A program made the translations under genes and the position numbers. Under the pieces are notes generated by a model, which searched no databases, was not told where the DNA came from, and worked only from the letters and a program-made list of their open reading frames with translations. A DNA stretch of 64,000 nucleotides from an uncultured delta proteobacterium (GTDB lineage: Bacteria > Desulfobacterota > Desulfobacteria > Desulfobacterales > CAVQMW01), in the NCBI GenBank assembly GCA_963713755.1, contig CAVQMW010000005.1, forward strand, positions 1,291,074 through 1,355,073, written 5' to 3'. Shown piece by piece: positions 10,161-19,115 of this stretch (position 1 is its first letter; each line of letters begins with the position of its first letter).

Positions 10161-10236
10161 GTAGGGGCGGGCCTTGTGCCTGCCCGGATCCGGGCACCCA
10201 CAAGGGGTGCCCCTACACCTGCCCGGATCCGGGCGG
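10161..10236. repeat. REP-like palindromic element (GTAGGGGC...GCCCCTAC family)
   Basis: A 56-nt near-perfect hairpin, gtaggggcgggccttgtgcctgcccggatccgggcacccacaaggggtgcccctac. It is followed by a second partial copy of cctgcccggatccgggc. Confidence 0.7.
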
Positions 10237-10279
10237 CGGCCCATCGACTCATAAAAAAACAGATCTAAGGAGATTCGCC

Positions 10280-10513
10280 ATGGAAATCAAAGTATTGGGT
10301 CCTGGCTGCACCAAATGCCAAAAGGCGGAACGAGTGGTCAAAGAAGCGGTTGCAGAGTCGGGCGTGGCCGCGGATGTGGAAAAGGTCACTGACGTGATGC
10401 AGATCGCCGGCTACGGGGTGTTCGGCACACCGGCGGTTGTTATTGATGGTGAAGTCAAATCGGTGGGTAAGATCCCCAGCAAGGAAGAGGTCAAATCCTG
10501 GCTGAAAACGTGA
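10280..10513 (+). CDS. small thioredoxin-fold protein (redox-active disulfide protein 2 type)
   Basis: 77 aa, MEIKVLGPGCTKCQ with a CxxC motif. AAGGAG Shine-Dalgarno upstream. This protein commonly partners ArsR and the ArsP-like permease. Confidence 0.8.
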   Translation: MEIKVLGPGCTKCQKAERVVKEAVAESGVAADVEKVTDVMQIAGYGVFGTPAVVIDGEVKSVGKIPSKEEVKSWLKT

Positions 10514-10572
10514 GCCCCATGAGGGCCAAAATCACGAAGCGATCTCATATCAAACCATCCCGGGTATCATTG

Positions 10573-10601
10573 TTGACAGGGGTCCTGCGACCTTGTACCC
10601 A
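10573..10601 (+). promoter_or_regulatory. possible promoter for pylT
   Basis: Perfect TTGACA, 17 nt spacer, then a weak -10 (TACCCA). It ends 12 nt before tRNA position 1. Confidence 0.3.
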
Positions 10602-10613
10602 GAAACACAGTGC

Positions 10614-10687
10614 GGGGGGTGGATCGCAATGGGATCGTGTGGGCTCTAAACCCACATAGCTCGGTGCAACACCGGGACTCCCCGCCA
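10614..10687 (+). tRNA. pylT: tRNA-Pyl (amber suppressor, anticodon CUA)
   Basis: GGGGGGT-G-GATC-GCAATGG-GATC-G-TGTGGG-CTCTAAA-CCCACA-TAG-CTCGG-TGCAACA-CCGGG-ACTCCCC-G-CCA. Features: 7-bp acceptor stem with one G-U; a single nt between acceptor and D stem; a short D arm; a 6-bp anticodon stem; CUA anticodon; a 3-nt variable loop; a T loop without the T-psi-C consensus; encoded CCA. It sits directly upstream of pylSc. Confidence 0.9.
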
Positions 10688-10722
10688 TCTTTTTGGTTTT
10701 CAACAGCAAGCTGGATCGCCCT

Positions 10723-11592
10723 ATGCCCACTCAAGCCGCCAGCAACCCGGAATCGATGTCCTGGTCCCAGGTTCAATTGCGCCGTCTCCGGGAGTTGAAT
10801 GCCGAGCCCCAGGTTTTGAAAAGGAAATTCATCCATGGCCCTCAGCGGGAGCAGGCTTTTCAGGAACTGGAAACGGCGCTGGTGAAGCAAGCCCGCCAGG
10901 GCCTGGAGGCCTTGCGCACCCAGGGGATGCGGCCCCGTCTGGTGCGTCTTGAGGGGCACCTGAGCCGCCTGCTGACGGATCTGGGTTTCGTCCAGGTGGC
11001 CACACCGATTTTAATGTCCCGGGGGCTGTTGGCCAAAATGACCATCGATGAGGCCCACCCGCTTTACGAGCAGGTGTTTTGGGTGGATGCCAAACGCTGC
11101 CTGCGGCCCATGCTGGCCCCGCATTTGTACTATATCCTCAAGGATTTGCTGCGCCTATGGCCCAAGCCGGTGAAGATTTTTGAGGTGGGTCCCTGCTTTC
11201 GCAAGGAGAGCGCCGGTTCCCAGCATGCCGAAGAATTCACCATGCTCAACCTTACCGAGTTCGGCTTGCCCGAGGACCAGCGCCATTCGCGCATTTCAGA
11301 GCTGGCCGACCGGATCGCCCATGCCGCGGGGCTTAAAGATTACCGGGTGGTTACGGAAAACTCGGCGGTGTACGGCGATACCCTGGACATCGAAGCCGGC
11401 GTCCGGCATCTGGAGGTGGGCTCGGCGGCCATGGGCCCCCATCCCCTGGATCGGCCCTGGCGGATCCGCGAGACCTGGATTGGAATCGGGTTCGGTCTGG
11501 AACGTCTGATTCTTGCGACAGAGGGCTATTCCCACCTGGCCATGGCCGGACGCAGCCTGGCCTATTTGGATGGGTTTCGCTTAAATCTATAG
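10723..11592 (+). CDS. pylSc: pyrrolysyl-tRNA synthetase, catalytic C-terminal subunit (bacterial split type)
   Basis: PylRS-specific blocks: WSQVQLRRLRELNA, LRPMLAPHLYYILKDL, KIFEVGPCFRKES, EEFTMLNL, SAVYGDTLDI, SAAMGPHPLD, WIGIGFGLERL and the C-terminus SLAYLDGFRLNL. ATG 10723 is preferred over the track TTG at 10693, which lies only 6 nt after the tRNA CCA. The stop is TAG followed immediately by TAA. Confidence 0.92.
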   Translation: MPTQAASNPESMSWSQVQLRRLRELNAEPQVLKRKFIHGPQREQAFQELETALVKQARQGLEALRTQGMRPRLVRLEGHLSRLLTDLGFVQVATPILMSRGLLAKMTIDEAHPLYEQVFWVDAKRCLRPMLAPHLYYILKDLLRLWPKPVKIFEVGPCFRKESAGSQHAEEFTMLNLTEFGLPEDQRHSRISELADRIAHAAGLKDYRVVTENSAVYGDTLDIEAGVRHLEVGSAAMGPHPLDRPWRIRETWIGIGFGLERLILATEGYSHLAMAGRSLAYLDGFRLNL

Positions 11593-11633
11593 TAAGCAAA
11601 AAAAATTCAGCCTTTAGCCCATCGATAGCGCCT

Positions 11634-12464
11634 ATGACCCGTCTTACTGTTGAAGATATCGGCACCATCGCGGCCGGCTTGAAAGATTACGACCGCGAGC
11701 TGCGAGCCAAAACCGGGCGCACCTTGCTGGGCGTGGCCTGCCATGCCGCCAGCATTCCCGCCAAAACCATCGCCCGGCGGCTGGGGAAAATCCGCTTGGC
11801 GGTGATTCCCATCAGCGCAGGAAAAGGCACCATCCCTGGTTTCAGCGAGTCGCTGGTCGCCATTGGTTCGCATCTGGGGCTCAACGCCTTTCTGGCTGGG
11901 GCCAAAGACGCCGCCGGGGTTGCCGAGGCGGTGGAGCGCAAGGCCAACTGGCTTTGGATGTCCGATGATGACCGGTTCGTGCTGGTGGATCTGATGCGCC
12001 GCCGGGTGGTGGACAACAGTGTCGCCACGGGGCGCGGGTTTGCCGCGGGACTCGACTTGATGGCCGGGGGGGTGGCCGGAAAGCCGGTGGCGGTGATCGG
12101 CTGCGGTCCCGTGGGGTTGAATGCGGCGCGCATGCTGATGGAGTTCAAGGCCCAGGTGACACTGCACGACATCCGCCGCCGGCAGGCCGCCGCCGCCGCC
12201 GCGGTCCTTGGGCAAGAGCAGGTCCAGATCGCCACGGATTTCAGCGAGGTGGTGGCGGGCCATGATTTGCTGGTGGATGCCACCAACATGGGCGCCCTGA
12301 TTCCGGCCATGGCCATCACCGCCTCCACCTTTATCGCCGCGCCGGGCATGCCCCTGGGGGTGACTTCCGAAGCTCGGGCGCGTCTCGAGGATCACCTGCT
12401 CCATGACCCCCTGCCCCTGGGCGCCGCCACCATGGTGGCCATGGCCCTGATTTCCGGCAAGTAG
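11634..12464 (+). CDS. pylD: pyrrolysine biosynthesis dehydrogenase PylD
   Basis: These blocks align with archaeal PylD as I recall it: LTVEDI, AVIPISAGKGTIPGFSESL, MSDDDRF, VAVIGCGPVG, APGMPLGVTSE, PLGAATM. TAG stop at 12462-12464. Confidence 0.85.
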   Translation: MTRLTVEDIGTIAAGLKDYDRELRAKTGRTLLGVACHAASIPAKTIARRLGKIRLAVIPISAGKGTIPGFSESLVAIGSHLGLNAFLAGAKDAAGVAEAVERKANWLWMSDDDRFVLVDLMRRRVVDNSVATGRGFAAGLDLMAGGVAGKPVAVIGCGPVGLNAARMLMEFKAQVTLHDIRRRQAAAAAAVLGQEQVQIATDFSEVVAGHDLLVDATNMGALIPAMAITASTFIAAPGMPLGVTSEARARLEDHLLHDPLPLGAATMVAMALISGK

Positions 12465-12467
12465 ACC

Positions 12468-12812
12468 ATGGCTGATACCACTCCCAAGCCCCAGCGCCAG
12501 CGCTTCTACCGTAAGCGGGTGGCGCTGCTGCTGCTCATCGACAAGATCAAGCTCTGGCCTTCCCGCCGGGGCCTGCTCCACGGCATCAAGCAGATCGAGA
12601 CCCTGGGCGAACAGGCGCGGATTACCACCCACTGCAACAAAACCTTCTTGGTCAACAACTCCCGCAACAGCCGCGCGGCCCGCTGGCTGCGCAACAAGTG
12701 GTACCAGGGGGTCTGCCCCCTCTGCCAGGTGCCGGACTGGAAGCTGGCCAAATATCAGGCCACCAAATTCAGGCGCCACTATGGGGCTTCGTTGGACAAG
12801 CCCGGGGACTGA
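12468..12812 (+). CDS. pylSn: PylRS N-terminal tRNA-binding domain protein
   Basis: 114 aa. FLVNNSRNSRAARWLRNKWYQGVCPLCQV parallels the archaeal PylRS N-terminal block [29 protein letters not shown]. The ATG lies 3 nt after the pylD TAG. Confidence 0.85.
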   Translation: MADTTPKPQRQRFYRKRVALLLLIDKIKLWPSRRGLLHGIKQIETLGEQARITTHCNKTFLVNNSRNSRAARWLRNKWYQGVCPLCQVPDWKLAKYQATKFRRHYGASLDKPGD

Positions 12813-12879
12813 TTTAGCCCTTCCGCCATTGATTTTAAATCTATCTTCGAAAATTTCACAAAAAATCCTTGACGGGGTC

Positions 12880-12946
12880 ACTCCCGCGCTGGCTGGAGCC
12901 CATAAGCGACCGGACAAATCGATTCCCGCCACCGCGGGAATGACGA
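12880..12946. repeat. REP-like hairpin element (TTCCCGC..GCGGGAATGAC family)
   Basis: Hairpin attcccgc-cacc-gcgggaat at 12922-12941. The 12-mer CGCGGGAATGAC recurs at 63931-63942. Confidence 0.5.
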
Positions 12947-12970
12947 TCTGAATCCGCTCTATAATCTTCC

Positions 12971-14524
12971 CTAGCGTGGGTAGCCGGTGATCTCCCGCAA
13001 CCGTTGGTAGAGGGGTTTCAAGCGTTTGTACATCTTGAGATAGACATCCCGATAGATGGCGTCGTAAAGCTGATGAGTGGGGTGGTGGGGTTCGAACACG
13101 CGCTGGACATGGGTCATGGCCGCCACGGCGCTGGGGATGTCGGCGTGCAGCTTTAACCCCGCGGCCGCTACCACCGCGGCTCCCAGCCCCGAGGTTTCGT
13201 AGACATGGGGACGGGCCGCCGGTTTGCCGAACAGGTCGGCGGTGAGCTGCATGGCGCCGTCGCTCTGGGAGCCCCCGCCGCACACCCGCAGGGTGGTGAC
13301 CGGGGTGCCGCTGCGCTGCTGGATCCGCTCCAGCCCCTCCCGCAGGGCATAGGCCACCCCTTCCAGAATGGCCCGGTAGAGGTGCGCCCGGGTATGCACG
13401 TCACCAAAACCGATCACCGCGCCCTTGGCTTCCGGCCCCGGATTTTTCAGCCCTGGGGTCCAATAGGGCTGGAGAATCAGCCCCATGCTGCCCGGGGGCG
13501 TGGTGGTCAGGAATTCTTCAAAGAGCGCCTCGGTGGATCCGTTCTCCTTGGCCGCCCGGAGCTGCTCCAGGTGGCCGAACTCCTCCTTGAACCAGTTCAC
13601 CATCCAATAGCCCCGGTAGACCAGCACCTCCATGGTGTGATGGTGGGCAATGGCTGCCGGATAGGCCGGCAGCAGGGGGGTCGGTTCGATGTACTTGGGG
13701 TGGGTGACGTTGATGGTGGCCGTGGTGCCGTAACCCAGGCAGGCCGTCTCGGGGCGGAAACAGCCGCAGCCCAGCACCTCGGCGGCCCGGTCCGCGGCCG
13801 CGGCCACCAGGGGCAGCCCGGCGGGTATGCCGGTATCCGTCGCGGCCTTCCGGGTGATGGTTCCCAGGGGCCGGCCCGGGGCGACCAGATGGGGCAGCTG
13901 CTCGGGTGTCAGGGGCAGCAGCCGCCACCTCCAGTCCCGGGGCGAGGCCCAGCGCAGCCGGCGATAGTTGAAGGGAATGTAGCCCACCTGGCAGCCTACG
14001 GAGTCCGCATAGCGTCCGGTGAGCCGGTAGGTGAGGTAGCCGGAGAGCAGCAGAAATTTATGGGTTTTTTTCCACACCTCCGGCTGGTAGGTGCGCACCC
14101 AGTTGGCCTCGGCCTCGGCCTGCAGGTAGGCGATGGTTCCCGAGAGGCCGCCCGCTTTGAACAGCAGGCCCCACAGCCCCCCCAGGGGTTTGGCATCGTA
14201 GGTCTTACGCTGGTCCAGCCACAAAATGGCCGGCCGCAGAGGCCGCCCCTGGCGGTCCACATTGATCACCGTGGCGCGCTGGGTGGTCAAGGCGACCCCG
14301 GCCAGACGCGGGCGGGCATCCGGGGCTTCGATCCACAGCTTGCGGCAGGCGCTCGACAGGGCTTCCCAGAAGAGGTCCGGATCCTGCTCGGCCCAGCCGG
14401 GGCGGGGGCTGACGTAGGGCTTAAAGGGGATTTGAACTTTGGCCCGCAGCTCGCCCTGGGGATCGAACAGCATGGCCTTCAGGCTCTGGGTGCCGTTATC
14501 GATGGCCAGGATCAGCTCTTTCAT
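12971..14524 (-). CDS. FGGY-family carbohydrate kinase
   Basis: [29 protein letters not shown]-terminal sugar-kinase signature. Start trimmed to ATG 14524 (AAGGA upstream). TAG stop. Confidence 0.85.
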   Translation of the reverse strand: MKELILAIDNGTQSLKAMLFDPQGELRAKVQIPFKPYVSPRPGWAEQDPDLFWEALSSACRKLWIEAPDARPRLAGVALTTQRATVINVDRQGRPLRPAILWLDQRKTYDAKPLGGLWGLLFKAGGLSGTIAYLQAEAEANWVRTYQPEVWKKTHKFLLLSGYLTYRLTGRYADSVGCQVGYIPFNYRRLRWASPRDWRWRLLPLTPEQLPHLVAPGRPLGTITRKAATDTGIPAGLPLVAAAADRAAEVLGCGCFRPETACLGYGTTATINVTHPKYIEPTPLLPAYPAAIAHHHTMEVLVYRGYWMVNWFKEEFGHLEQLRAAKENGSTEALFEEFLTTTPPGSMGLILQPYWTPGLKNPGPEAKGAVIGFGDVHTRAHLYRAILEGVAYALREGLERIQQRSGTPVTTLRVCGGGSQSDGAMQLTADLFGKPAARPHVYETSGLGAAVVAAAGLKLHADIPSAVAAMTHVQRVFEPHHPTHQLYDAIYRDVYLKMYKRLKPLYQRLREITGYPR

Positions 14525-14791
14525 TGGGATTCCTTGGAGGGCTCCGTTCAACCACTATTTTGGTTCCGGATGATCCAGGCTGGGGGAAAGGAGAGTTATC
14601 CGTGCCACCCATTCACATTAGGCTGGATGTACTGCGTTTAAAATATCTTTACAAGTTCGGCAATTTATCTTTAAAATATCGACCCTTTACGTGGCTTGAA
14701 TTTGTAAATCAGCACATGGGCGGGCAGCGGGGCGCCAAAATAGGCGGATACCCGCCCGAATCAATATTGCGCTCAGATCCAAGGAGAATCC

Positions 14792-15445
14792 ATGGGACAC
14801 ATTCCGCTGGTCATCGCCACCGGCAATGCGGGCAAGGCGGCCGAAATCCGAGAGCTGCTGGCCGGTTTCCCGGTGGCGATCAAGTTTTTAGGGGACTTCG
14901 GCCCCCTGCCGCCCATCACCGAGGATGGGGAGACCTTTGAGGCCAATGCCTACAAAAAGGCCAGCTTTACGGCGCGGGTGCTGGGGATGCCCGCTCTGGC
15001 CGATGATTCGGGGCTGGTGGTGGCGGCTTTGGATGGCCGTCCGGGGGTGCTTTCGGCGCGCTACGGTGAGCCCGACTGGAGCGATGCCCAGCGCGCCGCG
15101 CAACTACTGGCCGAGATGAAAGGTCAAACCGACCGGCGGGCGGCCTTTGAGTGCGTCATCTCCGTGGCCGTTCCCGACGGGCCGGCCCTCACCTATGAAG
15201 GATGCTGCCAAGGCGAGATCGCCGCGGCCCCGGCCGGGGAAAACGGGTTCGGCTACGATCCCATCTTTTACTATCCGCCCTTGAAAAAGACATTTGCCCA
15301 GCTGGATCGGGAAACCAAAAGCAGCGTCAGCCACCGCGGCCAGGCCCTGGAGGAGCTTCGCGATGAGTTTGACAAAGTGCTCAAGTGGATCGAGCTGCAG
15401 ATGCCGCTGGCCCAATGGAATGCTCTGAAGGGCGGCGGGGAGTAG
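14792..15445 (+). CDS. rdgB: RdgB/HAM1 non-canonical purine NTP pyrophosphatase
   Basis: IPLVIATGNAGKAAEIRELL..TEDGETFEANAYKKA..FGYDPIF..SHRGQAL. Confidence 0.9.
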   Translation: MGHIPLVIATGNAGKAAEIRELLAGFPVAIKFLGDFGPLPPITEDGETFEANAYKKASFTARVLGMPALADDSGLVVAALDGRPGVLSARYGEPDWSDAQRAAQLLAEMKGQTDRRAAFECVISVAVPDGPALTYEGCCQGEIAAAPAGENGFGYDPIFYYPPLKKTFAQLDRETKSSVSHRGQALEELRDEFDKVLKWIELQMPLAQWNALKGGGE

Positions 15446-15724
15446 TTTCCGCTATCCGCGTCCCGGTCGGCTGGGGGCTTGAGTGGAAAATGATTTTTGC
15501 AAATATAGACATAATCACCTATACAACGGGTAACCGCGAACCTAAGTGCTCCTGTTCATAAAAACAGTGGCATAATGAGGACGTCAAGGCGCCGGGCGGA
15601 CAAGGCGCGAAAGATAAGGAATATCGGGAATATTGCGTTTTCTCGCAACGCCGGCCGACCGGATGGATTGGCAGCCGAATGTCATCGTATTCGCGAATAG
15701 GACCACCAAGCACAGGGGGTAAAC

Positions 15725-17692
15725 ATGGAGCTTTTGAATCAGGGGCTGGACATCGTTGTTGAATTGGGCGGAATTCGAACATTGGCCCAAGCCCAAGCGC
15801 TGTTCGGCGATCAATTGGATGATGCCCACCTGGCCCGCATCCAAACCATCGAAACCCCTGATGTACTCATCAAAATCGCCAATGCCATTGCCATCTGCAA
15901 ACCGTCGCGGGTGTTTATCCACACGGGGTCCGACGACGATCGCGCCTTTATCCGTTCCCTGGCCATCGAGCGGGGCGAAGAGCGGCCGCTGGCCATGACG
16001 GGCCACACCATCCATTACGATCTGAAAGAGGAGCAGGGGCGCATCATCGACCGGACCTACTACCTCTATAACAAAGGCGAGACGGTCAGTCCTTTAGGGC
16101 GCAAGATCTTGCGGGCCGACGCCCTGGCCGAGGTGCGGGACAACATGGACGGCATCATGAAGGGCATGGTGATGATGGTGGGTTTTTTCGTGCGGGGACC
16201 CATCGGCGCCCAGGTCAGCAACCCCGCCCTGGAAATCACCAGTTCGGCCTATGTGACCCACAGCGCCGACCTGCTCTACCGTCATGCCTTCGAGATGTTC
16301 GACAGCGAGGTGGCCCGCTCGGGCCATTTTTACACCAACATTCACAGCCAGGGGCTCAATCGGCCCGAAGACCTGCCCGCGGCGCGGGTTTTCATGGATC
16401 GCAGCTATCGCACCACCTTCAGTTTCAACTGCACCTATGCCGGCAACACCCTGCTGTTGAAAAAGGGCAATCATCGTTTCTCCGTGGACCGTTCCATTTA
16501 TGAAAAGCCGGGTATGGAGTTGGCCGAGCACATGTTCATCACCGGCATCATCGGCCCAACTGAGCGGGTCACCTGGTGTGCCGGCGCAGCGCCCAGCGGT
16601 TGCGGAAAAACCACCACGGCCATGGCCGGCGGCCGCTTTATCGGCGATGACCTGGCCCAAATGTGGATCGCCCAGGACGGCAGCGTGCGCTCGGTCAATC
16701 CCGAGTGCGGTATTTTCGGGATCGTGGAGGATGTGAACTGGGGAGGCGATCCGCGGCTCATGGAGCTGCTGCGGCGGCCGGGGACCGAGGTGATCTGGTC
16801 CAATGTGCTCATCGACGGCAACGACGTGCCCCACTGGGCCGGCAACGGGGAGCCGGTTCCCGATAAAGGGTTCAATTTTCAGGGGCCCTGGGAAAAAGGC
16901 ATGACCGACGAGAGCGGCAAAGCGGTACCCATCTCCCATCCCAACGCCCGCTGTACCCTGATGGCCAGAGCCCTGGGCAACTATTCCGAGCAGTGTGAAT
17001 CCCCCAAGGGCGTGGAAACCCGGATCATCACTTACAGCGGGCGGGACAGCGACACCATGCCGCCGCTTAGGGTGGCGAAAAACTCGGATGAAGGCGTGGT
17101 GATCGGGGCCACCATCGTTTCGGCGGCCACGGCCACGGAGGTGGGCGCCAGCGGGGTTCGCCGCCAGCCCTGGGCCAACGCGCCCTTCATTCCCGGCTCC
17201 CTGGCCGACTACATGGCGGCCCAGTTCAACTTCTTCGGCAGCAGCCAGATCGACGACGCCAAGCGGCCCATCATCGCCGGCTTGAACTACTTTCTCACCG
17301 ACGCGGCCCGGGGCGGGTCCAGCCCCAAGCTGCTGGGGGAAAAGAGGGATGTCAAGGTGTGGCTGGGTTGGTTGGAGCGCCGCGCCCACCAGGAGGTGGC
17401 GGCCATCGACACGCCCATCGGCTACCTGCCCAAGTATGAAGACCTCAAGGGGCTGTTTACCGAAATTATCGACAAAGCTTACCCCCGGGAGCTGTATGAT
17501 AAGCAGTTTTCCCTTTATATCGACAACATTGTCACCCGCATTGACCTGCAGCTTGAGGCCTACGGCGAAAATCCGGCTACACCGGCCAGGTTGTTCTCCA
17601 TCTTGAAAGCCCAGAAAGCGGCCCTGGAGGGTCTCAAGGCCCAGTACGGTCCCGTTATCCCTCCAGGCGTGCTGGACGCCCCTGAATCATAG
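15725..17692 (+). CDS. phosphoenolpyruvate carboxykinase (GTP-type)
   Basis: 655 aa with the kinase-1a loop AAPSGCGKTTTAM and PEPCK-GTP blocks (NPECGIFGIVEDVNW, HPNARCT). Confidence 0.85.
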   Translation: MELLNQGLDIVVELGGIRTLAQAQALFGDQLDDAHLARIQTIETPDVLIKIANAIAICKPSRVFIHTGSDDDRAFIRSLAIERGEERPLAMTGHTIHYDLKEEQGRIIDRTYYLYNKGETVSPLGRKILRADALAEVRDNMDGIMKGMVMMVGFFVRGPIGAQVSNPALEITSSAYVTHSADLLYRHAFEMFDSEVARSGHFYTNIHSQGLNRPEDLPAARVFMDRSYRTTFSFNCTYAGNTLLLKKGNHRFSVDRSIYEKPGMELAEHMFITGIIGPTERVTWCAGAAPSGCGKTTTAMAGGRFIGDDLAQMWIAQDGSVRSVNPECGIFGIVEDVNWGGDPRLMELLRRPGTEVIWSNVLIDGNDVPHWAGNGEPVPDKGFNFQGPWEKGMTDESGKAVPISHPNARCTLMARALGNYSEQCESPKGVETRIITYSGRDSDTMPPLRVAKNSDEGVVIGATIVSAATATEVGASGVRRQPWANAPFIPGSLADYMAAQFNFFGSSQIDDAKRPIIAGLNYFLTDAARGGSSPKLLGEKRDVKVWLGWLERRAHQEVAAIDTPIGYLPKYEDLKGLFTEIIDKAYPRELYDKQFSLYIDNIVTRIDLQLEAYGENPATPARLFSILKAQKAALEGLKAQYGPVIPPGVLDAPES

Positions 17693-17723
17693 CACTCCAG
17701 TCAAGCGCGCCGCTTCGGCAGCG

Positions 17724-17767
17724 AATGGGCAACGGCGTTTTTCTCGCACCGTTGCCCATTTGTTTTG
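17724..17767 (+). terminator. rho-independent terminator after the PEPCK gene
   Basis: A 12-bp stem, aatgggcaacgg / ccgttgcccatt, followed by tgttttg. Confidence 0.8.
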
Positions 17768-17793
17768 CGAATAGGAGTCTAAGCCCCACTGCC

Positions 17794-19038
17794 ATGGACA
17801 CGCCAAGCGCCCACCCTTCGCTGATTCGAACCATCGCCAGCCGGCGCATGCTGGTCTCGCTTCTGATGGGTTACGCCTGCGGATTGCCCCTGCATCTGAC
17901 CCTGGGTGTGCTTCAGGCCTGGATGAAGGAGTCGGGGGTGGATCTGACGCTCATCGGGCTGATGTCCCTGGTGGGACTGCCCTACACGTTGAAGTTTCTC
18001 TGGGCACCCATCATGGATCGCTACACCCTGCCTTTCCTTGGCCGGCGTCGGGGCTGGCTGCTGGTGGCCCAGGGGGCACTGTTGATCTCCATTGTGGCCC
18101 TGGGTCGCACCGATCCGCTGCAAACCCCCTGGCTGGTTGCCCTGGCGGCGTTGCTGGTGACCCTTTCCAGCGCTTCCCAGGATATTGTGGTGGATGCCTA
18201 CCGGCGGGAAGACCTGGCCGATGCGGAGTTGGGCTTCGGCTCCTCCCTGTATGTGTTCGGCTACCGCATGGGCATGCTGCTGGCCGGCGGGGGCGGGTTG
18301 ATTTTCGCCGATTATTTGCCCTTCAGCATGGTGTATGCCATCATGGCCGCCTGTTTACTGCCGGGAATTCTCACCACCCTTCTGACCCCCGAACCGCAAA
18401 CCCCGGAAGGTACGCCCAAAACTCTGATGGATGCCGTATTCCAGCCCCTGGCGGAATATCTTCGGCGCCCGGGGGCATTGTGGATGCTGGCCTTCATCCT
18501 GTTTTATAAAATCGGCGATACCATGGCCAGTGCCATGACCATGCCCTTATACCTGGATCTGGGATTCACCAAGACCCAGATCGGGGCTATTACCAAGATC
18601 TTTGGCCTCTGGGCCGTGGTGGCCGGCGGGCTGGTGGGCGGGGTGGCCATGATGCGGCTGGGGATCAACCGCAGCCTGTGGGTTTTTGGATTCCTGCAGG
18701 CCCTTTCCACGGCGGGCTTCGCCTTGCTGGCCCAAATCGGTCCCCAGGTTGCGGCCCTGGCCGGGGTGATCGCCTTTGAAAATATCAGCAGCGGGATGGG
18801 CACCGCGGCCTTTGTCGCTTTTATGGCCAGCATCACCAACAAAAGATTTACCGCCACCCAGTATGCCCTGCTCTCCAGTCTCATGGGCATCCCCCGGGTG
18901 ATCGCCGCGGCGCCCACCGGCTTTTTGGCCAAATACTTGGGCTGGGAGGCATTTTTCATTGTCTGTGCCCTGATTGCCGTTCCGGGAATGCTGATGCTGC
19001 TGAAATTTGCGCCCTGGGGTTCTCGGAGGGCGGGCTAG
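17794..19038 (+). CDS. ampG: AmpG-family muropeptide MFS transporter
   Basis: GYACGLPLHLTLGVLQAWM..LPYTLKFLWAPIMDRY. Start moved to ATG 17794 because the track start lies inside the upstream terminator. Confidence 0.85.
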   Translation: MDTPSAHPSLIRTIASRRMLVSLLMGYACGLPLHLTLGVLQAWMKESGVDLTLIGLMSLVGLPYTLKFLWAPIMDRYTLPFLGRRRGWLLVAQGALLISIVALGRTDPLQTPWLVALAALLVTLSSASQDIVVDAYRREDLADAELGFGSSLYVFGYRMGMLLAGGGGLIFADYLPFSMVYAIMAACLLPGILTTLLTPEPQTPEGTPKTLMDAVFQPLAEYLRRPGALWMLAFILFYKIGDTMASAMTMPLYLDLGFTKTQIGAITKIFGLWAVVAGGLVGGVAMMRLGINRSLWVFGFLQALSTAGFALLAQIGPQVAALAGVIAFENISSGMGTAAFVAFMASITNKRFTATQYALLSSLMGIPRVIAAAPTGFLAKYLGWEAFFIVCALIAVPGMLMLLKFAPWGSRRAG

Positions 19039-19115
19039 GCGGGGGAGCCGCGGCCCGCGGAGATAGGCAGGGTTGGCCCCAAGGGGTTCGAATCTTATTT
19101 TATGGATAAATAGAT

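Noticed and set aside
11607-13283. 558-aa minus-strand ORF spanning pylD, pylSn and the downstream intergenic repeats
   Set aside because: It is antisense to two genes with clear family signatures. Its composition is Arg/Gly/Pro/His-rich and low-complexity, and it runs straight through a REP hairpin. This is a typical shadow ORF in GC-rich DNA.
14602-14620. TGGCAC hexamer (minus strand) upstream of the FGGY kinase gene
   Set aside because: No GC or TTGC element follows at the required spacing (the sequence reads TGGCACGGATAACTC), so it is not a sigma-54 promoter.
13205-14641. 478-aa plus-strand ORF
   Set aside because: It is antisense to the FGGY kinase and has shadow-ORF composition.
16094-17389. 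431-aa minus-strand ORF
   Set aside because: It is antisense to the PEPCK gene.
19075-19100. tRNA-like T-arm string GGGGTTCGAATCT
   Set aside because: The 3' side is not complementary (CTTAT), so no T stem forms. No acceptor, D or anticodon arms can be drawn around it.
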